From Sedimentisphaerales bacterium (GTDB lineage Bacteria > Planctomycetota > Phycisphaerae > Sedimentisphaerales > Anaerobacaceae), in contig JAFGGH010000026.1 in assembly GCA_016930645.1 (NCBI GenBank), forward strand, positions 3,642-67,641: 64,000 bases of DNA, in the 5' to 3' direction. Position numbers and translations under genes: made by a program. The notes beneath the pieces are model-generated. The model was not told where the DNA came from and made no database searches. It saw only the letters and a list, made by a program, of their open reading frames with translations. Positions 54,568-63,114 of this stretch are shown piece after piece (the first letter of the stretch is position 1; each line of letters begins with the position of its first letter).

Positions 54568-56787
54568 TCAATCTTTGGTTTCTGAGGCTGTGTCGTCAGG
54601 TTTTGTGGCTTTATCTTCGAGCTGGGTGAAACTTTTGACGAACTTTTGCCACTTAGGCCTTTGACCGGGCTGCTGTATTTTCCTCAGTGCATCTATCAGA
54701 GTTTGCAACTGTGGTGTATCCGATTTTATAAAACCAAGCAAAACCTGCCCCATGGGACATTCAGCCCCGAAATCTTTTTCCATTAGCTGGTTTTCAATCA
54801 GTGATTTTGCCGAATCTATCTGGTCGTTCGTCAGGTACAACTGCAAAAGCTCACCTTTTAGCTTTTCTTTCTCAGCCTCATGAGTTTCATCCTTAATAAG
54901 TTCCGCCAGATATTTACTTGCCTGATTGAGTTCGTTTATTTGCCGGTAGAGACCGGCCAGTTCCAGGCGTGCTTTTTTTAACAGTTCTTTGTTGTTATTT
55001 CCTTCGGATTTTCGTTCGAATATTTCAAAAAACGAAATCCGTTTTGTCGCTTCAAGCTCACTTGCCTCGATTTTTGCCGTCCATTGGCTCATCATTTCGA
55101 CGTCCACTTGTTCGAATATTCCAAGCATTGCTTTCCACGCCGCAGCACCGTCGGGATCATTACCGGTCTTGTCAAACAGCCACGCCAAATCCTCGGCGGT
55201 TCCGACCTCTTCGGCAAGGCCGATGATTGCCTTACGGATATTCGCGCTGCTGTCGTTTGTAAAATCCCTGCGAAGCTTAGCCAGTGCCTGGGATTTGCTG
55301 ATATTAATCAACCCCTTTACCGCCGCCTCGCGTACAAGGGCGTTTTCATCACTTAACGCCGCAACAAACATACGCTCGTATTTCTCAATCGCTTGTTGGC
55401 GATATACTCCTCTTGAGCAAAGCATTGCCATAGAATTCAGCAGCTCACCGGCCAGCTCACTGTTTGTTGAATCCTGTTTATAACGGTCAGACAGCGCCTG
55501 GAGATAATTTTCTATTTCTGTTTCACTAAAACCGTTATGCTCCAGATTATTCCTTAGGACCTCCGCACCTTTTTGTGTTTTCAAGGCGTTTTCACTTCGC
55601 AGATATTCAATCGCCAGATCCAGCGTTTGTTTGCGAACCTCGTTTGCCAGTTTAAAAGGCGACTGCGGTGAAAAAGCAAACCGACATGACTGCCCCAGGG
55701 CTGCAAATTGCTCCAATCTGACATCCGCGTCTTCCTCGACCTTAATCTGTTTAAGCAGCACATCACAGGAATTCAGCTCGCCCATATAAGAAAAAAGTTT
55801 GGCAGTATTGAACCTTACATCCCTGTTATTGTCTGAAATCAGTTTCATCAAATCCGGGCCGAGCTCGGCAAGCAGCTTCGACTTAGGGTCGGTTCCTTTC
55901 CACCATTGCGAGACCTTATTCACCGCCCACATACGTTCTTCCGGCTCGGTTCCACTTAGGTACTTCGATAGAAATGCGATTTTAGCCGACTCATCGGCAC
56001 CAAGCCTGCCGTAAACTTCATCCAACAAGCCGAGCGACTTTGATTTCCAGATCTCACGTTCCTTGCGCAACCGCTCAAGCTTGTTCTCATACTCTTGGCG
56101 CATCTGCCATATCCTGATAAATTCTTCCTTGCCGATGCGTTTTAAGTCCGCTATGATTTGCTTTTGCGTGGCTGAATCGGCGCCCACCGCAGGTATTCCA
56201 AGTGATGTCAGTGCCTCACCTGCCGATGCCGAGATTTGCTCATTAGGATTACCCAGCAATTCAATCAGCCGCACAATCGCGTCTATATCAGGCTGAATCC
56301 TGACAGCATAGACCGCGTTAAGTCTCGCCTCGACGGATAGTGACTCGTCATTTATCTTCTCAAGCAACGGCCCTTCGATTTGGTCATAGTCGAAAACCAA
56401 AAGGGCCTTAGCCGCCAGTTTCGCCGTCTCCGGATTATCGCTGGTTAATACATTCACCAAAGGCTGAATGAATAATTCCTTGTCACGGATGACTCTGTTA
56501 CCGTTACTCTCGGCAATTGCCTTACAAACCGCGGTTCTCGCAGGCGTAATTCCGCTTTGGCCTAAAACACCGAGCAAAATCGGCCTTGCCGCGGGATTTT
56601 CACTGTGCAGGATAAGCGAAGCCGCCTTGGTGCGGATTTGCTCGTCCGGGCCGGAGAGCAGGGCGATGCGGTTGATTTCGAGCTGCTCGTCAGCTTCCGA
56701 TTTGGGCTCAACCGCCTCTGCCGCAATGACAAAACCTATCGATTGCAGTAAAATCAGTAATATCAGTATGATAGACTGCTTTTTCAT
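54568..56787 (-). CDS. Secreted/periplasmic HEAT-repeat protein
   Basis: Signal peptide MKKQSIILILLILLQSIGFVIAAEA (ATG at 56787). Recurrent HEAT-like helical repeats (...IRTKAASLIL..., ...VREAAVKGLI..., ...IRKAIIGLA...). Confidence 0.6.
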   Translation of the reverse strand: MKKQSIILILLILLQSIGFVIAAEAVEPKSEADEQLEINRIALLSGPDEQIRTKAASLILHSENPAARPILLGVLGQSGITPARTAVCKAIAESNGNRVIRDKELFIQPLVNVLTSDNPETAKLAAKALLVFDYDQIEGPLLEKINDESLSVEARLNAVYAVRIQPDIDAIVRLIELLGNPNEQISASAGEALTSLGIPAVGADSATQKQIIADLKRIGKEEFIRIWQMRQEYENKLERLRKEREIWKSKSLGLLDEVYGRLGADESAKIAFLSKYLSGTEPEERMWAVNKVSQWWKGTDPKSKLLAELGPDLMKLISDNNRDVRFNTAKLFSYMGELNSCDVLLKQIKVEEDADVRLEQFAALGQSCRFAFSPQSPFKLANEVRKQTLDLAIEYLRSENALKTQKGAEVLRNNLEHNGFSETEIENYLQALSDRYKQDSTNSELAGELLNSMAMLCSRGVYRQQAIEKYERMFVAALSDENALVREAAVKGLINISKSQALAKLRRDFTNDSSANIRKAIIGLAEEVGTAEDLAWLFDKTGNDPDGAAAWKAMLGIFEQVDVEMMSQWTAKIEASELEATKRISFFEIFERKSEGNNNKELLKKARLELAGLYRQINELNQASKYLAELIKDETHEAEKEKLKGELLQLYLTNDQIDSAKSLIENQLMEKDFGAECPMGQVLLGFIKSDTPQLQTLIDALRKIQQPGQRPKWQKFVKSFTQLEDKATKPDDTASETKD

Positions 56788-56942
56788 AGCATCGGTATAG
56801 CTGAATTTGACATTCATAAACACTTATTTAATCGGCATAATACCGCCCAGACTATACTTTAGTCAATCATCTTATGTTCATTTATTAACTGCAATTAGAA
56901 CTATTGAAAATAATCCGCGACAATGCTAATATTGCCGATACT

Positions 56943-57548
56943 ATGAGCGCAATTTATACGCAGACTTTGAACAGGCTTATCGAGGAATTCGGCAGGCTGC
57001 CGGGTATCGGCCCAAAATCAGCCGAACGCCTTGCCTTTTACATCCTGAAAGCCGATACCAAATCCGCTATGGCACTTGCCGCCGCGATTAACGATGTCAA
57101 AACGAAAATCAAAAACTGCAAAACCTGCTATAACCTCGCTGAAAGTGATACCTGTGATATTTGTTCAGACCCAAAGAGGGACAAATCCCTTATCTGCGTG
57201 GTCGAACAGCCAAAGGACATCATCAGTCTCGAAAAAACCGGCGCCTGCAAGTGGCTGTATCACGTCCTCCAGGGCCACATCGCTCCGCTGGAGGGAATCG
57301 AGCCGGAGGACCTGACCATCGACAAGCTCATCCAGCGTGTAAAAGACGGGCAGGTGAAAGAAATAATAATGGCCACAAATCCAAATATGTCCGGCGACGG
57401 CACCGCTCTTTACATAAGCTCTCTGCTTAAAAACTATAATGTAAAAATCACACGCCTGGCACGCGGCCTGCCAACCGGCTCGACAATTGAATACGCAAGC
57501 GGCAAAATCCTCACCGACGCCATAACCGGCAGGCAGCCCCTCGAATAA
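56943..57548 (+). CDS. recR: Recombination protein RecR
   Basis: LIEEFGRLPGIGPKSAERLAFYIL (HhH), a C4 zinc finger CKTCYNL...CDICSD and a Toprim region. The ATG at 56943 is preferred over the ORF-track TTG at 56904. Confidence 0.93.
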   Translation: MSAIYTQTLNRLIEEFGRLPGIGPKSAERLAFYILKADTKSAMALAAAINDVKTKIKNCKTCYNLAESDTCDICSDPKRDKSLICVVEQPKDIISLEKTGACKWLYHVLQGHIAPLEGIEPEDLTIDKLIQRVKDGQVKEIIMATNPNMSGDGTALYISSLLKNYNVKITRLARGLPTGSTIEYASGKILTDAITGRQPLE

Positions 57549-57580
57549 TTCGTTTCAATGCTCTGTTGAAGAGGCCTTGG

Positions 57581-57669
57581 GTCATTTCGACCGTAGTCCC
57601 TTAGGGACGAAGTGGAGAAATCTATAAAAAACAGATTTCTCAACTCGCCTTCGGCTCGCTCGAAATGAC
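57581..57669. repeat. 89-nt compound palindrome downstream of recR
   Basis: Outer arms GTCATTTCGA (57581-57590) / TCGAAATGAC (57660-57669). Inner arms GAGAAATCT (57615-57623) / AGATTTCTC (57633-57641). Each arm carries its own small hairpin, for example GTCCC-tta-GGGAC. Confidence 0.7.
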
Positions 57670-57698
57670 AATTATAGTATTTTCAACAAAGCAAAGTT

Positions 57699-57727
57699 TT
57701 GAGAAATCCTCAAAATTGTGGTATAAT
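57699..57727 (+). promoter_or_regulatory. Sigma-70 promoter upstream of rpoN
   Basis: TTGAGA at 57699-57704, 17-nt spacer, TATAAT at 57722-57727, preceded by TGg. Confidence 0.5.
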
Positions 57728-57760
57728 AAAACCACAGGGATTTTTTGAAGGAATTTTTGA

Positions 57761-59230
57761 ATGAAGCTGGAAATGACAGGACAGATGCGGCTTGAGCAGA
57801 AGCTCAAAATGGCGCCGCACATGATTCAGTCGATGGAAATACTCCAGCTTCCAATGCTCGCCCTGCAGGAGCGGATTGAGCAGGAGCTAAACACCAATCC
57901 CGTCCTCGAAACCGATGTACCGGAAGATACAGAGCAGGCCGAACCCTCACAAGAGACAGAATCACAATCGCGGGATTTGTCCTATTCAGCCGTGCCAGCC
58001 GATAAGGCCGTGGAGAATTTCGAGCGGATTGACAGCTTCGACGATGATTATAAAAACTATGTGGACCAGGCCGACCAGTTCACGCCGACCATACGCAGAG
58101 ATGAGCCGGACAGGAAGCTGGAAGCATTAAAAAATACCGAAGCTCCGCAAAAATCTCTGCACGAATTTCTCACCGAGCAGTGGCATCTGATAGAAGCCGG
58201 TGAAAAAATCAAAAAAGCCGGCGAAGTCATAATCGATTATATCGATGACCGCGGCTACCTGTCCGTAAGGCTCGAACAGCTCCACAACAAGGACCGCAAA
58301 GACTACAGCTTCGAGGATTTACAGACAGCGCTATCACTAATCCAGCAGCTCGAGCCTGTCGGAGTCGGCGCTCGCGACCTGGCCGAATGCCTGCTGATAC
58401 AAATCCGGCAGAGCGACGAGAATATGGAATTCGAAAAGAAACTTATTTCTGAATATATGAACGAGCTTCTCGAAAATCATCTGCCCGAAATTGCTAAAAA
58501 GATGGACTGCTCAATGGAAAGAATTAACGAGGCTATCGGCCGTATAAGCAAGTTCGACACCTCACCCGGCCTGCAGGTCGGCAAACCACGCAATCACGTT
58601 ATCAGCGTTGATGTTATCGTAGAGCCTGTTGATAATGAAACCGGCTATGCCGTCAGATTGGCTAATTCGCCCATTCCGCCTTTGAGGATTAGCGATTACT
58701 ATTCCAAAATGGCCAACGACAAAAATACAAACGCCGAAACAAGGAAATTCCTGCAGAATAATATCCGCTCTGCCCAGTGGATTATCGACGCCGTTCAGCA
58801 GCGTAAAAATACCCTGCTGAAGGTCTCCGAATCAATCGTGAGACGCCAGGCCAAGTTCTTCGAAAAAGGCGAGCTTTACCTGAAACCACTACCGATGTCC
58901 GTAGTCGCAGATGACGTGGGAGTTCACCTGGCCACTGTTTCCCGCGCCGTAGCAGGCAAATACTTGCAGTGTCACTGGGGAATAATCCCGCTGCGTAAAT
59001 TTTTCAGCGGCGGCACCGAAAACGAAAACGGCCAGGCAATGAGCTGGGAGGCCATACGCGTAAAGCTGAAACAAATCATTGATGAAGAGGATAAGACCAG
59101 GCCGCTCAGTGACGATAAAATTCGTGAAAAACTTGAAGAGTATGGCATTAAGGATTTAGCCCGCCGTACCGTTGCCAAATACCGCAAATTGCTCGACATC
59201 CCATCCGCCCGTATGAGAAAGAAATATTAA
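57761..59230 (+). CDS. rpoN: RNA polymerase sigma-54 factor
   Basis: N-terminal region I (LEQKLKMAPHMIQSMEILQLPMLALQERI) and a C-terminal RpoN box (ARRTVAKYR). Confidence 0.93.
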   Translation: MKLEMTGQMRLEQKLKMAPHMIQSMEILQLPMLALQERIEQELNTNPVLETDVPEDTEQAEPSQETESQSRDLSYSAVPADKAVENFERIDSFDDDYKNYVDQADQFTPTIRRDEPDRKLEALKNTEAPQKSLHEFLTEQWHLIEAGEKIKKAGEVIIDYIDDRGYLSVRLEQLHNKDRKDYSFEDLQTALSLIQQLEPVGVGARDLAECLLIQIRQSDENMEFEKKLISEYMNELLENHLPEIAKKMDCSMERINEAIGRISKFDTSPGLQVGKPRNHVISVDVIVEPVDNETGYAVRLANSPIPPLRISDYYSKMANDKNTNAETRKFLQNNIRSAQWIIDAVQQRKNTLLKVSESIVRRQAKFFEKGELYLKPLPMSVVADDVGVHLATVSRAVAGKYLQCHWGIIPLRKFFSGGTENENGQAMSWEAIRVKLKQIIDEEDKTRPLSDDKIREKLEEYGIKDLARRTVAKYRKLLDIPSARMRKKY

Positions 59231-59305
59231 ATAGCGGTCAGTACCTTTCGTACTTCGTCATTCGTTATTCATTATTCGTACTTCAACTATACTTCTACAT
59301 TGTAA

Positions 59306-59331
59306 ATTCTATATTGGATATTCGATATTCA
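59306..59331 (-). repeat. 26-nt dispersed repeat (inverted copy of 40749-40774)
   Basis: ATTCTATATTGGATATTCGATATTCA. Its reverse complement differs at one position from the nusG-rplK spacer copy. Confidence 0.75.
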
Positions 59332-59335
59332 TACA

Positions 59336-59392
59336 AAATCTCTGTGACCTCTGTGTCCTGTGGCTATAAATAAACTCTGTGGCAAATTACAA
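59336..59392 (+). repeat. Array of short units ending in GTG
   Basis: aaaatctctGTG|acctctGTG|tcctGTG|gctataaataaactctGTG. Confidence 0.5.
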
Positions 59393-59416
59393 ATATGTAT
59401 TTTTATCTTAACATAA

Positions 59417-59430
59417 TTACAATATTGTAA
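59417..59430. promoter_or_regulatory. Perfect 14-bp palindrome TTACAATATTGTAA, about 100 bp upstream of the amt sigma-54 promoter (candidate activator/regulator site)
   Basis: The sequence is self-complementary over all 14 nt. The distance to the -24 GG is about 92-105 bp. Confidence 0.35.
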
Positions 59431-59520
59431 CTTACGTCAAGCTGAATCACGGGCTTTAGCCCACTTATATGTGCTTATATAGCAAGTAGTTATATGGCAT
59501 TTAGCAAGATTTTAATGTTT

Positions 59521-59536
59521 TGGCACAGCCGTTGCT
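59521..59536 (+). promoter_or_regulatory. Sigma-54 (-24/-12) promoter upstream of amt
   Basis: TGGCACagccgTTGCt with GG at 59522-59523 and GC at 59534-59535 (GG-N10-GC). Confidence 0.6.
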
Positions 59537-59609
59537 AATTAATAATCCGGTTACAAAATTGGTTTTGTTTAAAAAAGGATTGAGGCTTATTTTTCCGGGA
59601 GCTTTGGAA

Positions 59610-60971
59610 GTGGTGCTAAGGAAAAACAATAAAACCTGGTTGAAGTTCGTATTAGTGTTTACTGCCCTGATGCTGTGCAGCAATATCGCCTTTGCCGCGA
59701 GCGAGTCAATTGATATCGAAACTCTAAAGCAAGGCCTTGATACTGTCTGGGTGCTGATTGCAGCCTTTCTGGTGTTCTTTATGCAAGCCGGGTTCGGAAT
59801 GGTCGAGGCTGGTTTTATCCGTGCCAAAAATACCTGCAACATCCTGACCAAAAACTTTCTCGATTTCTGTATGGCGTCGCTGGCATTCTTTCTCGTCGGT
59901 TATGCTCTGATGTTCGGTGATGGCAACGCCTTTTGTGGTACAAGCGGCTGGGCACTTGCCGGCTTAAGCGACAAAACAATAAGCGGTATTCCGGTTTTTG
60001 CCTTCTGGCTGTTCCAGGCCGCGTTCTGCGGGGCCGCTGCGACAATTGTTGCAGGCGGCATGGCAGAGAGAATGAAGTTTGTCGGCTATCTTATTTACTC
60101 GTTTTTGATTAGTGCCTTGATATATCCGATTATTGGCCACTGGATTTGGGGCGGCGGCTGGCTCAGCGATATGGGCTTTTTCGATTTCGCCGGCTCGACC
60201 GTTGTCCACACAACAGGTGGAATAGCCGCCTTGATAGGAACGATAATTCTAAGACCGCGCGAAGGAAAATATGCCCCGGATGGCAAGCCCAATGCCATAC
60301 CGGCGCACAACATTCCGCTTGCGTCACTGGGTGTGTTTATCCTGTGGTTCGGCTGGTTCGGATTTAATCCTGGCTCGACGCTTGGCGTAAATAACGGCGG
60401 CTTTGACATCGGCAGAGTCGCAATCAATACGAATCTTGCCGCGGCGTTGGGCGGCATCTTTGCGATGCTGACCGTCTGGAAAAAATACGGCAAGCCGGAT
60501 TTATCAATGGCGATGAACGGCGCACTGGCAGGACTGGTAGCTATCACGGCGCCATGTGCCGCGGTCGAACCGTGGGCAGCGATTGTTATCGGTGCGATAG
60601 CCGGAATTGTTGTTGTGCTCGGTGTCGAGTTCCTTGACAAGATGCAAATCGATGACCCTGTCGGTGCTGTTCCGGTGCACGGAATGTGCGGAATATGGGG
60701 TACGATTGCGGTCGGAATTTTCGGCAAAAAAGCCCTCGGCCTTGCAAATGACGGATTCATATACGGCGGCAACCCGATGCAGATTGGAATACAAATAGTC
60801 GGCTCGGTTGCGACTATAGCTTTTGTTCTTGTATCTATGGGAATTGTCTTTAAGCTGATTGATATAACCATTGGATTAAGAGTCAGCAGAGACGAAGAGC
60901 TGAGAGGCCTGGATATCGGCGAGCACGGTATGGAAGCTTATGGCGGCTTCCAGATATTCAGTACGAGCTAA
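59610..60971 (+). CDS. amt: Ammonium transporter (Amt family); start uncertain
   Basis: AAFLVFFMQAGFGMVEAG, FAGSTVVHTTGG and VHGMCGIWG motifs. The GTG at 59610 follows GGGAG and precedes a signal-like peptide. The ORF-track TTG at 59520 overlaps the sigma-54 promoter. Confidence 0.85.
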   Translation: MVLRKNNKTWLKFVLVFTALMLCSNIAFAASESIDIETLKQGLDTVWVLIAAFLVFFMQAGFGMVEAGFIRAKNTCNILTKNFLDFCMASLAFFLVGYALMFGDGNAFCGTSGWALAGLSDKTISGIPVFAFWLFQAAFCGAAATIVAGGMAERMKFVGYLIYSFLISALIYPIIGHWIWGGGWLSDMGFFDFAGSTVVHTTGGIAALIGTIILRPREGKYAPDGKPNAIPAHNIPLASLGVFILWFGWFGFNPGSTLGVNNGGFDIGRVAINTNLAAALGGIFAMLTVWKKYGKPDLSMAMNGALAGLVAITAPCAAVEPWAAIVIGAIAGIVVVLGVEFLDKMQIDDPVGAVPVHGMCGIWGTIAVGIFGKKALGLANDGFIYGGNPMQIGIQIVGSVATIAFVLVSMGIVFKLIDITIGLRVSRDEELRGLDIGEHGMEAYGGFQIFSTS

Positions 60972-61068
60972 ATAATAGCGTATCCGGCTTCGCCCGTTCC
61001 GGGCTTCGCCGTGACAAGCAGGGTACTCCGTAAGGAGTCCATAGGACAGCGTTTAGGGTATAGAAAAA

Positions 61069-61410
61069 ATGAAATTAGTGATAGCGTATATTCAGCCGCA
61101 CAAATTGAAGGATGTTAAACAGACGTTATACAAGGCTGAGGTTCACAAAATGAGCGTAACCAACGCCCTTGGCTGCGGCGAGCAGGCCGGTTATGAAGAA
61201 AGCTACCGCGGCATTAAATTCGAGGTCAATCTGCTAAAGAAAGTGCGACTCGAAATTGCCGTGAACGACAACTTTCTGGACGGGACAATAGAGGCTATAA
61301 TTGAAGGTGCTAAAACCGGTAACATTGGCGACGGAAAGATATTTATACTGGATTTACCCGAGTGCATCCGTATAAGAACAGGCGAAAAAGGCAGTAAAGC
61401 GATTGGCTAA
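61069..61410 (+). CDS. glnK: Nitrogen regulatory protein P-II (GlnK/GlnB family) with an atypical T-loop
   Basis: Collinear with E. coli GlnB without gaps. [10 protein letters not shown] and RIRTGE are conserved. The T-loop reads [17 protein letters not shown]. The symbol is assigned from the position after amt. Confidence 0.85.
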   Translation: MKLVIAYIQPHKLKDVKQTLYKAEVHKMSVTNALGCGEQAGYEESYRGIKFEVNLLKKVRLEIAVNDNFLDGTIEAIIEGAKTGNIGDGKIFILDLPECIRIRTGEKGSKAIG

Positions 61411-61484
61411 TGGTCGCTGAGTGAATTTAGTTTTGGAAATTTGATTAATTAAAATTTATTTGGAGATTTTGAAAGGAAAAGGTA

Positions 61485-62897
61485 ATGACCCCAAAAGATT
61501 TTTTTGATTTCGCGAAGAAGAACAACGCGAAAATGGTTGACCTGAAATTCGTTGACCTGCTGGGTACGTGGCAGCACTGCTCGTATCCGATTGACATCTG
61601 GGACGAAAGCACATTTGAAGACGGGCTTGGTTTCGACGGATCGAGTATCCGCGGCTGGCAGGACATTCATATGTCGGATATGCTTGCTGTGCCGGACCCT
61701 GATACGAAAGTTATCGATCCTTTCTTTAAAGAGCCAACTGTAAGTGTTATTGCTGACATTGTTGACCCTGTCACCAAGGAAGATTACTCTCGTGACCCTC
61801 GACATGTGGCCCGCAAAGGCGCCGCGTATCTCAAGGAGACCGGCATTGCGGATACCTGCTACATCGGCCCCGAGCCGGAATTTTTCATCTTTGATGAGGT
61901 ACGCTACGAGCAGAATCAGCATACCGGTATGTACCGGATAGATTCGGTCGAAGGAGCCTGGAACACAGCCCGTTTCGAAGAGCCTAATCTTGGATACAAG
62001 CCGAGTTTTAAGGGTGGATACTTCCCTGTAAGCCCGACAGATACATATCACGACCTGCGCGGCGAGATGGTTTACGAAATGATGAAAATCGGCATCAGAA
62101 TCGAAGCACACCATCATGAAGTCGCCACTGCAGGACAAGCGGAAATCGATATGGAGTTTTGTGACCTCATCAAGATGTGTGACCAGTTCATGTGGTTCAA
62201 GTACATCATCAAGAATGTTGCTAAACGCAACGGAAAGACCGTAACATTTATGCCAAAACCTGTCTTCGAGGATAACGGAAGCGGTATGCATACTCACTTG
62301 TCACTGTGGAAGGGCGGCAAACCGCTTTTCGCCGGAGACAAATACGCAGGTCTGAGCGATATTGGATTGTATTGTGTCGGTGGTATTCTCAAGCACGCCC
62401 CGGCGCTGCTGGCCTTTGCTGCGCCAACAACAAATTCCTACAGGCGTCTGGTGCCGGGTTTTGAAGCACCGGTCAACCTTGTGATGTCGGCGAGGAACCG
62501 TTCGGCAGGAGTCAGGATTCCAATGTATTCAGCAAGTCCAAAGTCCAAAAGGCTTGAGTTCAGATGCCCGGACCCGACAGCAAACGGATACCTTACGTGG
62601 ACGGCAATGCTGATGGCGGCGATTGATGGTGTTAAGAACAAAATAGACCCGGGTCAGCCGCTTGACAAGGATATTTATGAGCTTGAGCCGGAAGAGCTTG
62701 CAAAGTACCAACATACCCCAGGCTCCCTGACTGAAGCAATCAATGCACTCGAAAAGGACCATAAATTCCTTATGGCCGGTGGAGTCTTTACCGACGACCT
62801 TGTGCAAATGTGGATTAAGTGGAAACGCGAAAAGGAATTGGCCCCGATGGCGCTTCGCCCACATCCGCACGAGTTCAATTTGTATTATGACAGTTAA
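61485..62897 (+). CDS. glnA: Glutamine synthetase type I
   Basis: [20 protein letters not shown] resembles the adenylylation-site context NLYDLPPEE. Length is 470 aa. Confidence 0.95.
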   Translation: MTPKDFFDFAKKNNAKMVDLKFVDLLGTWQHCSYPIDIWDESTFEDGLGFDGSSIRGWQDIHMSDMLAVPDPDTKVIDPFFKEPTVSVIADIVDPVTKEDYSRDPRHVARKGAAYLKETGIADTCYIGPEPEFFIFDEVRYEQNQHTGMYRIDSVEGAWNTARFEEPNLGYKPSFKGGYFPVSPTDTYHDLRGEMVYEMMKIGIRIEAHHHEVATAGQAEIDMEFCDLIKMCDQFMWFKYIIKNVAKRNGKTVTFMPKPVFEDNGSGMHTHLSLWKGGKPLFAGDKYAGLSDIGLYCVGGILKHAPALLAFAAPTTNSYRRLVPGFEAPVNLVMSARNRSAGVRIPMYSASPKSKRLEFRCPDPTANGYLTWTAMLMAAIDGVKNKIDPGQPLDKDIYELEPEELAKYQHTPGSLTEAINALEKDHKFLMAGGVFTDDLVQMWIKWKREKELAPMALRPHPHEFNLYYDS

Positions 62898-62949
62898 TGA
62901 ATAATCGAACAGCCTTTTGGGGTTGTTCGGCCTTGGCCGACACCGGAAA

Positions 62950-62982
62950 CCCTGTCGGCGTAGAATTACTGCGCCGACAGGG
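62950..62982 (+). terminator. Hairpin downstream of glnA (possible terminator)
   Basis: Perfect 11-bp stem CCCTGTCGGCG / CGCCGACAGGG with an 11-nt loop. The following tract cgtttatc is only weakly U-rich. Confidence 0.4.
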
Positions 62983-63114
62983 CGTTTATCGCGCGCCGTG
63001 GAACGGGCAAACATCCAATAGGCTATTAATTGACTTTGTAATGGTAATTTTATAAACTAAAGGTTTCGGCGGTTATCAGACGGATAATAATGCTTAACAG
63101 AAGTGGCACTGTTA

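Noticed and set aside
59520-59609. The TTG at 59520 as the amt start codon (longest ORF).
   Set aside because: That TTG overlaps a near-consensus sigma-54 promoter, and the encoded 30-aa extension has no Amt-like or signal-peptide character. A downstream GTG with an SD is preferred, but this remains unproven.
60095-60871. 258-aa ORF on the minus strand.
   Set aside because: It is antisense to the ammonium transporter gene. Its Pro/Ala/Ile-rich sequence mirrors the codons of the TM helices.
61449-62297. 282-aa ORF on the minus strand.
   Set aside because: It is antisense to glnA, which is clearly the real gene.
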